Positions 1 through 8,967 of a DNA stretch of 64,000 bases are shown piece after piece; within the stretch, counting starts at the first letter, position 1, and the number at the start of each line of letters is the position of its first letter. Source of the DNA: Parcubacteria group bacterium GW2011_GWA2_40_14. GTDB taxonomy: Bacteria > Patescibacteriota > Minisyncoccia > Phycocordibacterales > DATDWN01. The position numbers were made by a program, and so were the translations under genes. The stretch is from positions 3,507-67,506 of the forward strand of contig LBYF01000001.1 in the NCBI GenBank assembly GCA_000996025.1, given 5' to 3'. The notes beneath the pieces are model-generated. The model saw only the letters and a program-made list of their open reading frames with translations. It did not search any database and had not been told where the DNA came from.

Positions 1-490
1 CTTTTGAGAGTGGTTGGCCTGTATTTTTTGCAAGCATCTTATTTAGAGTCTCACGATTTTTTAGAATGCGTTTTGCGGATATTTCTATATCAGAAGCTTG
101 TCCTTCGGTTCCGCCATGAGGTTGGTGAATCATAACTTCAGCATTTGGCAGGGCAAATCTTTTGCCTTTTGCGCCGGCGGAGAGTATGACTGCTCCCATA
201 GATGCGGCAAGTCCAACACCTACAGTAGAGATATCATTTTTGAGGTGATTCATAGTATCTACTATTGCAAGACCGGCAGTGATTGAACCTCCAGGTGAGT
301 TTACATAGAAAGAAATGTCTTTTTTGGAATCTTCAGACTGGAGGAAAAGCATTTGGGCGATAATAAGGTTTGCCACATGGTCGTCAATAGGACCATCCAG
401 GAAAATAATATTGTCGCGCAAAAGCCGTGAGAAAATATCGTAAGCTCTTTCCCCGAATTGTGATTTTTCTATTACTGTAGGTATAAGCAT
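1..490 (-). CDS. clpP: ClpP protease proteolytic subunit (3' end outside window)
   Basis: Hand translation from ATG at 490: [24 protein letters not shown]...NSPGGS...LAASMG...MIHQP. Not in the ORF track because it is truncated. Confidence 0.97.
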   Translation of the reverse strand, partial: MLIPTVIEKSQFGERAYDIFSRLLRDNIIFLDGPIDDHVANLIIAQMLFLQSEDSKKDISFYVNSPGGSITAGLAIVDTMNHLKNDISTVGVGLAASMGAVILSAGAKGKRFALPNAEVMIHQPHGGTEGQASDIEISAKRILKNRETLNKMLAKNTGQPLSK

Positions 491-491
491 A

Positions 492-574
492 AATATACGA
501 AATAACGAATTAAAACACGAATGGCTACGAATAATTCGTTGCAATTCGTAGACTCATTTGTTACTTCGTATATT
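492..574. repeat. Family A periodic palindrome (ACGAA/TTCGT units) upstream of clpP
   Basis: aatatacgaaataacgaattaaaacacgaatggctacgaa...ttcgttgcaattcgtagactcatttgttacttcgtatatt; near-identical to 8887-8963 and to the reverse complement of 6933-7015. Confidence 0.9.
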
Positions 575-619
575 ATCAGAAAATAAAAAATAGTCAAAAT
601 TGTGTTATATTAGGTAATC

Positions 620-1354
620 ATGAGACTTCATAGATTTTATGTAGACAAACCTATCACCGATGAAACATTTGATGTGAATGACAGAGACTTAATTGCCCAG
701 TGGCGGAGTGTTTTTCGCTACAATGTCGGTAGTCAAGTGGTACTTTTTGATGGTTCGGGGGTAGATTATCTTTGCATGATTACATCACTTCGCAATCTTG
801 GCGCCACTGTTTCTATTATAAAAAAGACCAAGAATGATTTTGTTCCGAGTTGTGAACTGTGGCTGTGTGTTGGAATTATAAAAAAAGATAATTTTGAGCT
901 GGTGGTGGAGAAAGCAACAGAACTTGGGGTGTTACATATCGTTCCAATACTTTGCGACAGAAGCGAGAAAAAAAATATAAATATGGAACGCTTACAAAAA
1001 ATTGCAATTGAGTCTAGCGAGCAGTCCGGCAGGGGAGATGTGCCTGTTATACACGAAATCATTAACCTTTCTATGTTACTAATGTCAAAGAGTCCCTTTG
1101 ACATTATGCCAAAGGAGAAAATAGTATTACAGCTAAATAGCCGATATATCGGTGATTTTCTTGAAAAGCAACCGCTGGAAGCGAGCAGTGGTCGCATGAC
1201 CAAGTTGGCGGTTTTTATTGGTCCGGAAGGTGGATGGAGTGATAACGAACTGAAAGATTTTGCTCTGCACAACATACCCTCTGTCTCTCTTGGCCACCAA
1301 ATCCTCCGCACCGAAACCGCATCCATCGCCGTTTCAAGTTTATTGCTTTTGTAA
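620..1354 (+). CDS. rsmE: 16S rRNA m3U1498 methyltransferase RsmE
   Basis: EKATELGV, EQSGR, IGPEGG and LG.QILRTETA motifs. Confidence 0.95.
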   Translation: MRLHRFYVDKPITDETFDVNDRDLIAQWRSVFRYNVGSQVVLFDGSGVDYLCMITSLRNLGATVSIIKKTKNDFVPSCELWLCVGIIKKDNFELVVEKATELGVLHIVPILCDRSEKKNINMERLQKIAIESSEQSGRGDVPVIHEIINLSMLLMSKSPFDIMPKEKIVLQLNSRYIGDFLEKQPLEASSGRMTKLAVFIGPEGGWSDNELKDFALHNIPSVSLGHQILRTETASIAVSSLLLL

Positions 1355-1358
1355 AAAT

Positions 1359-1387
1359 AAATGTGTAAGGGTTCGCCTTACACATTT
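1359..1387. terminator. Hairpin between convergent rsmE and tig
   Basis: aaatgtgtaagg-gttcg-ccttacacattt: 12-bp stem, 5-nt loop. Confidence 0.6.
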
Positions 1388-1528
1388 GGTTTCATTTGAG
1401 GAGCCAGTTATTGAATTGTGTTAATAGTAGTTGTGTCACCCAAAAGGCAATTACTGACGGTATCAAACCTATTAGAAATTGTTTTGTAATTCTCATACAA
1501 ATCTCCAGTCTCCTTTCCTATTTGCATT

Positions 1529-2386
1529 TTAACATTTTTCCAGAAATTGGAATACCAACTCGTTAGTCAGAAAAGTCTCCACATACATTCGTACTCGGAA
1601 ACGGTCAGCATCTTTGTGATGGACCAGAATATTTTCCATCTCTTTTTTTACATCCTCCTCTTTTGGCACAATATTTTCTTCTTTTGCTATTGTATTTAAT
1701 ATCACTTGCGATTTGGCTCGTTTGATTGCTGTGTCTTTCCATTCCATACGCAAATCATTTTCAGTTTTCTTTATACGTTTCAAATAGTCCTCAAATGATA
1801 TGCCGGATTTACCAATATCGTCTTTGAACTGGGCCAACATTTTCTCCATCTCGCCTTCCACGATTATTTTTGGCAGGTCAATTGTTGATTCACTCATAAT
1901 TTTTTCCAAAATCCCTATTCGTCTTTTGTCTTTCTCTGTCGTAGCGTCCGCCTTATATGTTTTATTGCTTTCGGTCTCTGTCAGCGAAATACTAGATGCG
2001 ATTTTTTTGTAATCGGTTAGCGAAACCTCCGGCATAAGGGCCGTTTTTATTTTGAATTCCAAAGGATTTCTAGGAGCCATTTTTGTAATAGATATCTCTG
2101 GTCGTCCGATTGCATCCACATGATGTTCTTCTAAAATGTTTGGATACTCTTCGGACAAGGCCATTTCTGCCGCTTCTTCCAAAATTCTCATTTCGCCAAC
2201 TTTTTGTACGAGGATAGCATCCGGAACATTTCCTTTGCGAAAACCAGCTATTTCCACAGATTCTTTCAGTCTATTGAGTGCTTTTTGTCGCATAAGCGAC
2301 ATTTTTTCAACAGTGATTGCGCCTACAATCTCCAGTTCTCTCTCGGGAAGGGAATTAAGCGTTATGTCTTTGTATCCTTTTATCAT
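1529..2386 (-). CDS. tig: Trigger factor, N- and C-domains only
   Basis: GFRKGNVP ribosome-binding loop and C-domain-like LPKIIVEGE...; only about 285 aa; likely ATG at 2386. Confidence 0.88.
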   Translation of the reverse strand: MIKGYKDITLNSLPERELEIVGAITVEKMSLMRQKALNRLKESVEIAGFRKGNVPDAILVQKVGEMRILEEAAEMALSEEYPNILEEHHVDAIGRPEISITKMAPRNPLEFKIKTALMPEVSLTDYKKIASSISLTETESNKTYKADATTEKDKRRIGILEKIMSESTIDLPKIIVEGEMEKMLAQFKDDIGKSGISFEDYLKRIKKTENDLRMEWKDTAIKRAKSQVILNTIAKEENIVPKEEDVKKEMENILVHHKDADRFRVRMYVETFLTNELVFQFLEKC

Positions 2387-2423
2387 AATGTTTTCTAGTC
2401 TATATTTTTCGTGGATTTTTTGC

Positions 2424-2468
2424 AATCTAAAAACTTGCTAACACTGGGTGTTAGCAAGTTTTTAGATT
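2424..2468. repeat. 21-bp-stem hairpin with ACAC-TGG-GTGT core
   Basis: aatctaaaaacttgctaacac-tgg-gtgttagcaagtttttagatt; same core occurs twice at 26868-26926. Confidence 0.85.
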
Positions 2469-2505
2469 TAGAACTGCAAACTTTTTAAATCTTTTGACTT
2501 ATCTC

Positions 2506-2772
2506 TTACTCTGCTTCTGGGCTAAGGTTCGTAGTGTTTGTGCTACTTAAGTCTGCCTCTATTGAGCCCAGGTCATCTGACGAACTCATGCTTTTTATTG
2601 TTGCCGCTTCAGAAATATCTGCTGTCGGCTCACTACCGCCCCCGACTAAATTTTGAGCTGTTTTTGATTCCTCAATTCGCTTGCCCCAGAAATATAGTCC
2701 GCCGAGGATAATCAAAGCGATGATAACGATTGTGCCCACGATAGAGCCGATTGATGATTTGTTTTCTTCCAT
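2506..2772 (-). CDS. Small single-pass membrane hypothetical protein
   Basis: N-terminal TM segment IVGTIVIIALIILGGLYFWG and an acidic Ser-rich tail. Confidence 0.8.
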   Translation of the reverse strand: MEENKSSIGSIVGTIVIIALIILGGLYFWGKRIEESKTAQNLVGGGSEPTADISEAATIKSMSSSDDLGSIEADLSSTNTTNLSPEAE

Positions 2773-2806
2773 GGTGTTTGGTTAATTTTCAATTTTTAAA
2801 CAATTT

Positions 2807-3517
2807 TTAATTTTGTACTTTTGTTTCTGTTTTCACAGTAGTAGAAACTCCTTTCAGACTACCAACTGCTTTTTCTAGAGATTTGCGAGCGCTCCCCAAA
2901 TTTTTCTCAATATCTTTCGCTATTTTAGCCAAAGCGGAGAGAGAGACTTTTGCTTGTGCTCTGGTTGTTGTTGCATTTTCTAGAGCGACTGTCGCCTCTG
3001 CAGTTGTTTTGAGACTGATAAGTAAAACTTTTGCCGCCTCAAGTGATACTTTTGCATCATTAACATATCTTTCAGCAACTAGAATATCTCCTCCGGCATT
3101 TTTTATTTTTTCAATTCTACTCTGAACTCGGACTACAAGCCCTTCTAGTCGTTCAATAGTTGCTTGAAATCTCGCATTCATCTTTTCAAAACGATTTTCC
3201 ACCCTTTCTCTTAATTTCTCTATTCTCTTTTCTTCAATTTTTCCTTTTACCTCCTCTTTTCTCTCTTTTATATCACTTTTTGCCTCTTCTCGCCTATCTT
3301 TTATTTCACCCTTAGCTTCTATTCTTATAGCTTTGACATCCGCTCTTGTTTCTGTTCGAATTTCCTTTTTACCTTCAATTAATGCTTTTAACCTTGGTAA
3401 TAATTTTTGTTTTGTTTCCACCGTTACATTTGTATCCGTATCTGTTTCTGCATACGCAAATCCTGCGCTGGATAAAACAAGCATGGCAATTAATGTTTTT
3501 AGTATTATATGTTTCAT
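2807..3517 (-). CDS. Secreted coiled-coil hypothetical protein
   Basis: Signal peptide ending AYA; long E/K/R helical region. Confidence 0.82.
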   Translation of the reverse strand: MKHIILKTLIAMLVLSSAGFAYAETDTDTNVTVETKQKLLPRLKALIEGKKEIRTETRADVKAIRIEAKGEIKDRREEAKSDIKERKEEVKGKIEEKRIEKLRERVENRFEKMNARFQATIERLEGLVVRVQSRIEKIKNAGGDILVAERYVNDAKVSLEAAKVLLISLKTTAEATVALENATTTRAQAKVSLSALAKIAKDIEKNLGSARKSLEKAVGSLKGVSTTVKTETKVQN

Positions 3518-3656
3518 TTGTTTTGTTATTATAATTTATTACCAGAACTTATCTGGCAGTAGCTCCATTATACAGTAAAAAGCCACTGTCTACAATAAGC
3601 AAGGGCTTTCATAACAAAAGAGGACTAAAGCCCTATTTTACTTGATAGTCTAGTTT

Positions 3657-4241
3657 TTACTCAAAATTCTTTAGATAGATATCTTTGTATCTTTGTTTAC
3701 ATTCCTCGATAACCTTGATAGCTTCATCTTTATCAAAAAAACCCTTGGTAATACCTGCACCAGGTTTTTTTAGGTATTTAATGTGTTCCCAGTAATAAGT
3801 GGTTTCTTTTTTGAATTGTTCGCCCAGGTCTTCAACTGACTGGATGTGGTCACTTCTTCGATCATCTGCAAGCACGGCGATTATTTTGTCGTCAACTTCT
3901 CCAGCATCTTCAAACTTCATAACTCCAATGATTCGAGCTTCAACTAAACACCCAGGTACAAGTGGTTCCATAACATTTACAATTTCAACATCAAGAGGAT
4001 CATTATCATAGTCCCAAGTTTGTGGGATTGCTCCGTAAGCAAAAGGGCAAGCAAGAGAGGAGTAACCAACCCGGTCAAGTTTTAACTGTCCTGATTCGGT
4101 TACGGTCTCGTATTTGTTTATAGTACCAGAATTAATCTCAACAATTGCGTTGACTCTATCTGATTGTTCGTCTACAAAAGCCGGTAGGACATGCAACAGA
4201 TTGAGCATGTATTTTGAAGGTTTGTGATTTATGTTTGCCAT
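3657..4241 (-). CDS. ppa: Family I inorganic pyrophosphatase
   Basis: NKYE, LKLDR, YGAIPQT, DNDPLDV and DDKII motifs. Confidence 0.95.
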   Translation of the reverse strand: MANINHKPSKYMLNLLHVLPAFVDEQSDRVNAIVEINSGTINKYETVTESGQLKLDRVGYSSLACPFAYGAIPQTWDYDNDPLDVEIVNVMEPLVPGCLVEARIIGVMKFEDAGEVDDKIIAVLADDRRSDHIQSVEDLGEQFKKETTYYWEHIKYLKKPGAGITKGFFDKDEAIKVIEECKQRYKDIYLKNFE

Positions 4242-4255
4242 ACTGATTGATTATA

Positions 4256-5491
4256 TTATTTTTCTTCCTTAATTTCAACAGGAGTTTCTTCAACCTTCTC
4301 TTCTTTTATTTCACCTCGAGGATTTGTGGACTTTATATCTATTTTCCACCCAGTCAGTTTGGCCGCCAGCCGGACATTTTGTCCACCTTTGCCTATAGCC
4401 AAAGATTGCTGGTCTTCGGAAACAGTGACGCTTGCTTGTTTTTCTGTCTCATTTATTTCTACAGACAATACTTTGGCAGGGGACAGAGCATCTTCTATAA
4501 ATTTCTTAGGGGCTTCCGACCATTCAATAATATCTATTTTTTCTCCACCAAGCTCGGACATGACAGTAGAAACACGAACACCGCGCCCACCGACCATAGA
4601 GCCGACAGGGTCAATATGAGCATCTTTGGACGTCACGGCTATTTTTGTCCGAGAGCCGGCTTCACGGGCAATAGACTTTACAACCACAGTGCCATTGGCA
4701 ATCTCTGGTGTTTCTGTTTCAAAAAGTTTTTCTAAAAATTTTGGATGTGAACGAGAAAGTCGCAAAAACACTCCTTTGCTAGAGTCTTCCACTCGATAGA
4801 GATAGGCCCGGACACGCTCGCCTTGAGCAAATCGCTCTCCCGGAATCTGTTCTTCGTACGGTAATATACCTGGGGCACGACCCATATCTATGAAAATATT
4901 TCCTCGCTCCATTCTTTGTACTGTGCCAGAGACAATTTCACCTTCTTTCTTGCCATACTCACTGACAATATGTATTTTCTCGGCCTCGCGAATTTTCTGC
5001 ATGATAACTTGTTTGGCGGTTTGAGCGGCAATGCGACCATAGTCTCCTTGCGATTCCAGAGGGAAAACCATTTCATCACCCAAGGCAATATCTTTTTTGA
5101 TGCGTCGAGCATCGCTTAACATAATATGATGTTCGGGGTTATAGAGTTCAATTTCGGCATCGGGCGTCCCGGTGCCGATGTTGCCTTCTGCTCCGACGAC
5201 GTCACTTTTGGCCTTTTGGGACTTGCTGCCAAAGGCAGGTTCAACGTCGGCATCGGGACGCTCTGTCATAAAGACAGTATTTTCATCCACCACAATTTTA
5301 ACCTGAAACATTTCAGTTTTTCCGGTATTGAGGTCAAATTTTGCTCGCACAATCTGGCCTTTCTTGCCATATTCTTTTTTGTAGGCAGTTGCCAAAGCAA
5401 GCTCAATGGCTTCTATTATTTTTTCTTTTGGAATCCCGCGCTCTTCTTCAAGTTGGGTTAGCACAGAATTTACTACTTTTAGATCAATCAT
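4256..5491 (-). CDS. nusA: Transcription factor NusA
   Basis: GRIAAQTAKQVI, S1 and KH motifs, AIGKGGQNVRLAAKLTGWKIDI. Confidence 0.98.
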   Translation of the reverse strand: MIDLKVVNSVLTQLEEERGIPKEKIIEAIELALATAYKKEYGKKGQIVRAKFDLNTGKTEMFQVKIVVDENTVFMTERPDADVEPAFGSKSQKAKSDVVGAEGNIGTGTPDAEIELYNPEHHIMLSDARRIKKDIALGDEMVFPLESQGDYGRIAAQTAKQVIMQKIREAEKIHIVSEYGKKEGEIVSGTVQRMERGNIFIDMGRAPGILPYEEQIPGERFAQGERVRAYLYRVEDSSKGVFLRLSRSHPKFLEKLFETETPEIANGTVVVKSIAREAGSRTKIAVTSKDAHIDPVGSMVGGRGVRVSTVMSELGGEKIDIIEWSEAPKKFIEDALSPAKVLSVEINETEKQASVTVSEDQQSLAIGKGGQNVRLAAKLTGWKIDIKSTNPRGEIKEEKVEETPVEIKEEK

Positions 5492-5497
5492 ACAAAT

Positions 5498-5536
5498 AAG
5501 TTTATAAAGTTATAAAGTTTGTAAAGTTCATAAAGC
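5498..5536. repeat. Family B repeat, single arm, directly upstream of the nusA ATG
   Basis: aagtttat aaagttat aaagtttgt aaagttcat aaagc; same units as 37627, 38786 and 56759. Confidence 0.8.
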
Positions 5537-5544
5537 TAATTTTG

Positions 5545-5616
5545 ATAAAAAGAATGTCCGCTCCCATGAGCGAACTTCAATGCACCTATACTATCATAAG
5601 CTCTATAGTCTTGTCA
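5545..5616 (-). promoter_or_regulatory. nusA promoter plus leader terminator-like hairpin
   Basis: Minus strand TTGACA-18-TAGTAT, then gttcgctc-atgg-gagcggac-attcttttt. Confidence 0.6.
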
Positions 5617-5698
5617 ACAAAACAAAAAAAGAAAAACCCACCTAAGTCTTGCAAAGCAAAACTTAGGTGGGTCCAATCCCAATGTTCAATCGGAAAGT

Positions 5699-6772
5699 TC
5701 ATAACGACACAGAGGTTCCCATCTCTTTGGAAAAGAGCATTTTGTCTACCGATTTTGCCAGATCAACCTTGATGATGTCGCCCAGGCCAATCTGTCCTGT
5801 GGCAATCAAATTGGAAAGTGGATAGACCAAAAACTTTTCGATCGCTCGCTTCAAATGACGCGCGCCATACTTTAGGTCCGTTCCTTGACGAAGCAGGAAT
5901 TCCTTGGCTTCTCCTGTGCATCTGAAGATGAACTGTTTGCCGGACTGCGACGCCAGGATGCGGTTCTGAACGTCGTTGAGTTCGATGTCCAGGATCTGCC
6001 TGAGGTGTTGTTGATTCAATGTGCGGAACACCACGACCTTATCGAGTCTGTTCATGAACTCCGGCGAAAACTTGCGCTTCGCCACTTCGAGAGCAGTGCG
6101 GTACATCTTCCGGTCGATATCGGCCAGATTGGATTCATCGGTCCGTACACCGGACGTGAATCCGATTCCGCCGGTCAGCATTTCACTCATCTCAACCGCC
6201 CCGAGGTTGGATGTCATGAACACCACGCATCGCGACAAGTCCACCTTGCGGTTGTCGCCTAAGGTGAGCGTGGCTTTATCCAGAATACCCAAGAGAAGCT
6301 GCCACAGCGCGTTATTGGCCTTTTCGATTTCGTCGAAGAGTATGAAACTTAACTTGCAAGTATCGGTCTGGTACTGATCAATTGCCCCCTGCGTCAAAAT
6401 CGGCGGAGTTTCGCGGTGTCCCAGATAGCCCGGAGGCGATCCGATGAGTTTCGCAATCTCATGGCTGTGCTGAAACTCGGCGCAATCGAGCTTGATAAAT
6501 GCCCGGGGGCTACCAAACAGGATTTCCGCGGAAGCTTCGACAACTCTGGTTTTTCCGGAACCGGTCGGTCCCAAAAACAGGAGGTTACCAATGGGACGAT
6601 TGGGCTGTGCCATACCTACCAGATAGACTTGGTACATGTTCACAATTTGACGAACTGCGCGATCCTGACCAATGATTTTGTTCAGCAGACCCTGTTCAAA
6701 GTCCAAGATTTCGTTGCTTTTTCTATCGGGGTTTAACACTACTTCTTCAGACTTTTTCATTACAGGCTTCAT
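5699..6772 (-). CDS. Stand-alone AAA+ ATPase resembling ClpA/ClpB NBD2 plus small domain
   Basis: GPTGSGKT, KLIGSPPGYLGH, LFDEIEKA, PEFMNRLD, YGARHLKR; no N-domain or NBD1; SD-like AAAGGAG upstream. Confidence 0.9.
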   Translation of the reverse strand: MKPVMKKSEEVVLNPDRKSNEILDFEQGLLNKIIGQDRAVRQIVNMYQVYLVGMAQPNRPIGNLLFLGPTGSGKTRVVEASAEILFGSPRAFIKLDCAEFQHSHEIAKLIGSPPGYLGHRETPPILTQGAIDQYQTDTCKLSFILFDEIEKANNALWQLLLGILDKATLTLGDNRKVDLSRCVVFMTSNLGAVEMSEMLTGGIGFTSGVRTDESNLADIDRKMYRTALEVAKRKFSPEFMNRLDKVVVFRTLNQQHLRQILDIELNDVQNRILASQSGKQFIFRCTGEAKEFLLRQGTDLKYGARHLKRAIEKFLVYPLSNLIATGQIGLGDIIKVDLAKSVDKMLFSKEMGTSVSL

Positions 6773-6932
6773 AGTCTCTCCTTTGGATTAAAGCAGACAT
6801 TTAGAATTTGAAACACTATCAAAAAACAATCTGATTTACTTATAATATATTTACGAAAAAATATCAAATCAGAGTTTATCTGTTCTTATTCACACAATTT
6901 CGTGCCGGAGGAAGAATATTTTGATATACTAG

Positions 6933-7015
6933 ATACGAAGTAACGAATAAGTTAACGAATTGCAACGAATAGAATCCATTCGTAGCCATTCGTGTTTTAA
7001 TTCGTTACTTCGTAT
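6933..7015. repeat. Family A periodic palindrome occupying the pilB 5' region
   Basis: Lies between TATACT (6925-6930) and ATG 7016. Confidence 0.9.
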
Positions 7016-8785
7016 ATGCATATTGAAGAAAAACAATTAAAAGATTTTATTTTGGACTCGGGGCTTGTCTCGCGGGCTGACTTAACTCTGGCTGAAAAAG
7101 AAGGTCTGGAAAAGGGAGTAAGCTTGGGCAAAGTTTTGGTGAGCAAAGGAAAGCTTTCAGAAGATGATTTACGACGGATGCAGGCCTATATTCTGGGTAT
7201 TCCTTTTGTGGACCTCAAGGGCGAGAAATTGCCATTTGAAGTTCTCTCTCTTATTCCGGAGCCGATTGCTCGCAATCACAATATTGTAGCTTTCAAGAAA
7301 ACAGACTCTAGTTTGGAGGTAGCTATGTTAGACACCGAGGATTTGACTGCCATTGATTTTATCAAAAAGAAAGTAGGCCTCCGAATTTTACCTCGCTTGA
7401 CCGATGCCGACTCTGTCAAAAGCGCAATCCTCCAATATCAAAAGTCTCTCAAGGCGGAGTTTGGCGATTTAATTGCCAAGGAGGTTTCGTCACTTGAATT
7501 GAATCCGCTGAAACGAAGTGAAGGCGATGAAAACGAGGTCATAACTACGACAGAAGATTTGAAAAAAATGGCCGATGATGTGCCTGTGGTGCGCATAGTG
7601 GATACATTGCTGAAGCATGCCATTTTGCAAAACGCATCCGACATTCACATAGAGCCGCAGGAGCTGGAACTTCTGGTTCGCTATCGTATTGATGGCTTGC
7701 TTCACGATGCCATGCTCCTGCCGAAAAATGTGGGAGCATCCATTGCCGCTCGTATCAAAGTTTTGGCCATGCTCAAGCTTGATGAAAAGCGTTTGCCACA
7801 GGACGGCAGATTCAAAATTGACATGAATGGCGAGAAAGTTTCTTTTCGTGTTTCCACCTTGCCGACATATTATGGTGAGAAAACAGTTATGCGACTCCTC
7901 CGCGAAAATGTTTCCGGCTTTACACTGGAATCCCTCGGTTTTCATGGTGTGGGACTGGAGCGTATTCACAGAGCCGTCCAATCCACGACCGGCATGATAC
8001 TGGCTACCGGCCCGACTGGTTCTGGAAAAACCACCACTTTGTATACTATTTTGGATATTTTAAATACTGTTGATGTCAATATTTCCACAATTGAAGACCC
8101 AATAGAATATCAGATGAAGCGTATTAACCAAACTCAAGTTCGTCCAGAGATAGGATTAACATTTGCAAACGGATTGCGCACTTTGGTTCGCCAAGACCCG
8201 GATATTATTATGGTCGGTGAAATTCGTGACAATGAAACGGCTAATCTGGCTATAAATGCGTCGCTCACCGGTCATGTCGTTCTCTCAACACTTCATACAA
8301 ACTCTGCCGCCGGAGCCGTCCCTCGCTTGATAGATATGAAAGTGGAACCGTTTCTTATTGTTTCCACTGTTAATGTTATTATTGCCCAGCGTCTTATCCG
8401 AAAACTTGGAGATGGAAAAGAAAAATATTTTTTGACCAAAGCCGAGCTTCTAACTTTGGGCAAGAGAGTTAATTTAGACAAAGTCTTAGCTACTTTGAAG
8501 GAAGAAAAAATTGTAGGTCAAAGCGATGTTTGGGAACAAGTTCCTTTTTGGCGCCTGAAAAAGAATGTTTCATCCGAAGACGGTTTCTCCGGACGCATTG
8601 GCATTCACGAAATATTGAAAGTTTCTTTGCCAATAAAAGATATTATTCTCAAAGACGGCACCTCGGACGCAATCCAAAAACAAGCTGAAAGCGAAGGTAT
8701 GCTGACTATGTTTGAGGACGGCATCTTCAAAGCGGTACAAGGTGTAACCACCATTGAGGAAGTTCTTAGGGTTATCTCGGAATAG
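7016..8785 (+). CDS. pilB: Type IV pilus assembly ATPase PilB/GspE
   Basis: ASDIHIEP, RLPQDGR, GPTGSGKTTTLY, RQDPDIIMVGEIRD, STLHTN. Confidence 0.95.
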   Translation: MHIEEKQLKDFILDSGLVSRADLTLAEKEGLEKGVSLGKVLVSKGKLSEDDLRRMQAYILGIPFVDLKGEKLPFEVLSLIPEPIARNHNIVAFKKTDSSLEVAMLDTEDLTAIDFIKKKVGLRILPRLTDADSVKSAILQYQKSLKAEFGDLIAKEVSSLELNPLKRSEGDENEVITTTEDLKKMADDVPVVRIVDTLLKHAILQNASDIHIEPQELELLVRYRIDGLLHDAMLLPKNVGASIAARIKVLAMLKLDEKRLPQDGRFKIDMNGEKVSFRVSTLPTYYGEKTVMRLLRENVSGFTLESLGFHGVGLERIHRAVQSTTGMILATGPTGSGKTTTLYTILDILNTVDVNISTIEDPIEYQMKRINQTQVRPEIGLTFANGLRTLVRQDPDIIMVGEIRDNETANLAINASLTGHVVLSTLHTNSAAGAVPRLIDMKVEPFLIVSTVNVIIAQRLIRKLGDGKEKYFLTKAELLTLGKRVNLDKVLATLKEEKIVGQSDVWEQVPFWRLKKNVSSEDGFSGRIGIHEILKVSLPIKDIILKDGTSDAIQKQAESEGMLTMFEDGIFKAVQGVTTIEEVLRVISE

Positions 8786-8886
8786 ACGAAGACTTCCAAA
8801 TCTGGCGCATTTCGTTGTTGGAAAGCAAAAAATAAATCTTATACACAATTTTTGTGAAAATAAAATAAAATTTTGGTACAATAAAC

Positions 8887-8963
8887 ATACGAAATAACGA
8901 ATTAAAACACGAATGGCTACGGATTATTCGTTGCAATTCGTAGACCCATTCGTTACTTCGTAT
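8887..8963. repeat. Family A periodic palindrome occupying the pilC 5' region
   Basis: Lies between TACAAT (8877-8882) and ATG 8968. Confidence 0.9.
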
Positions 8964-8967
8964 ATTT

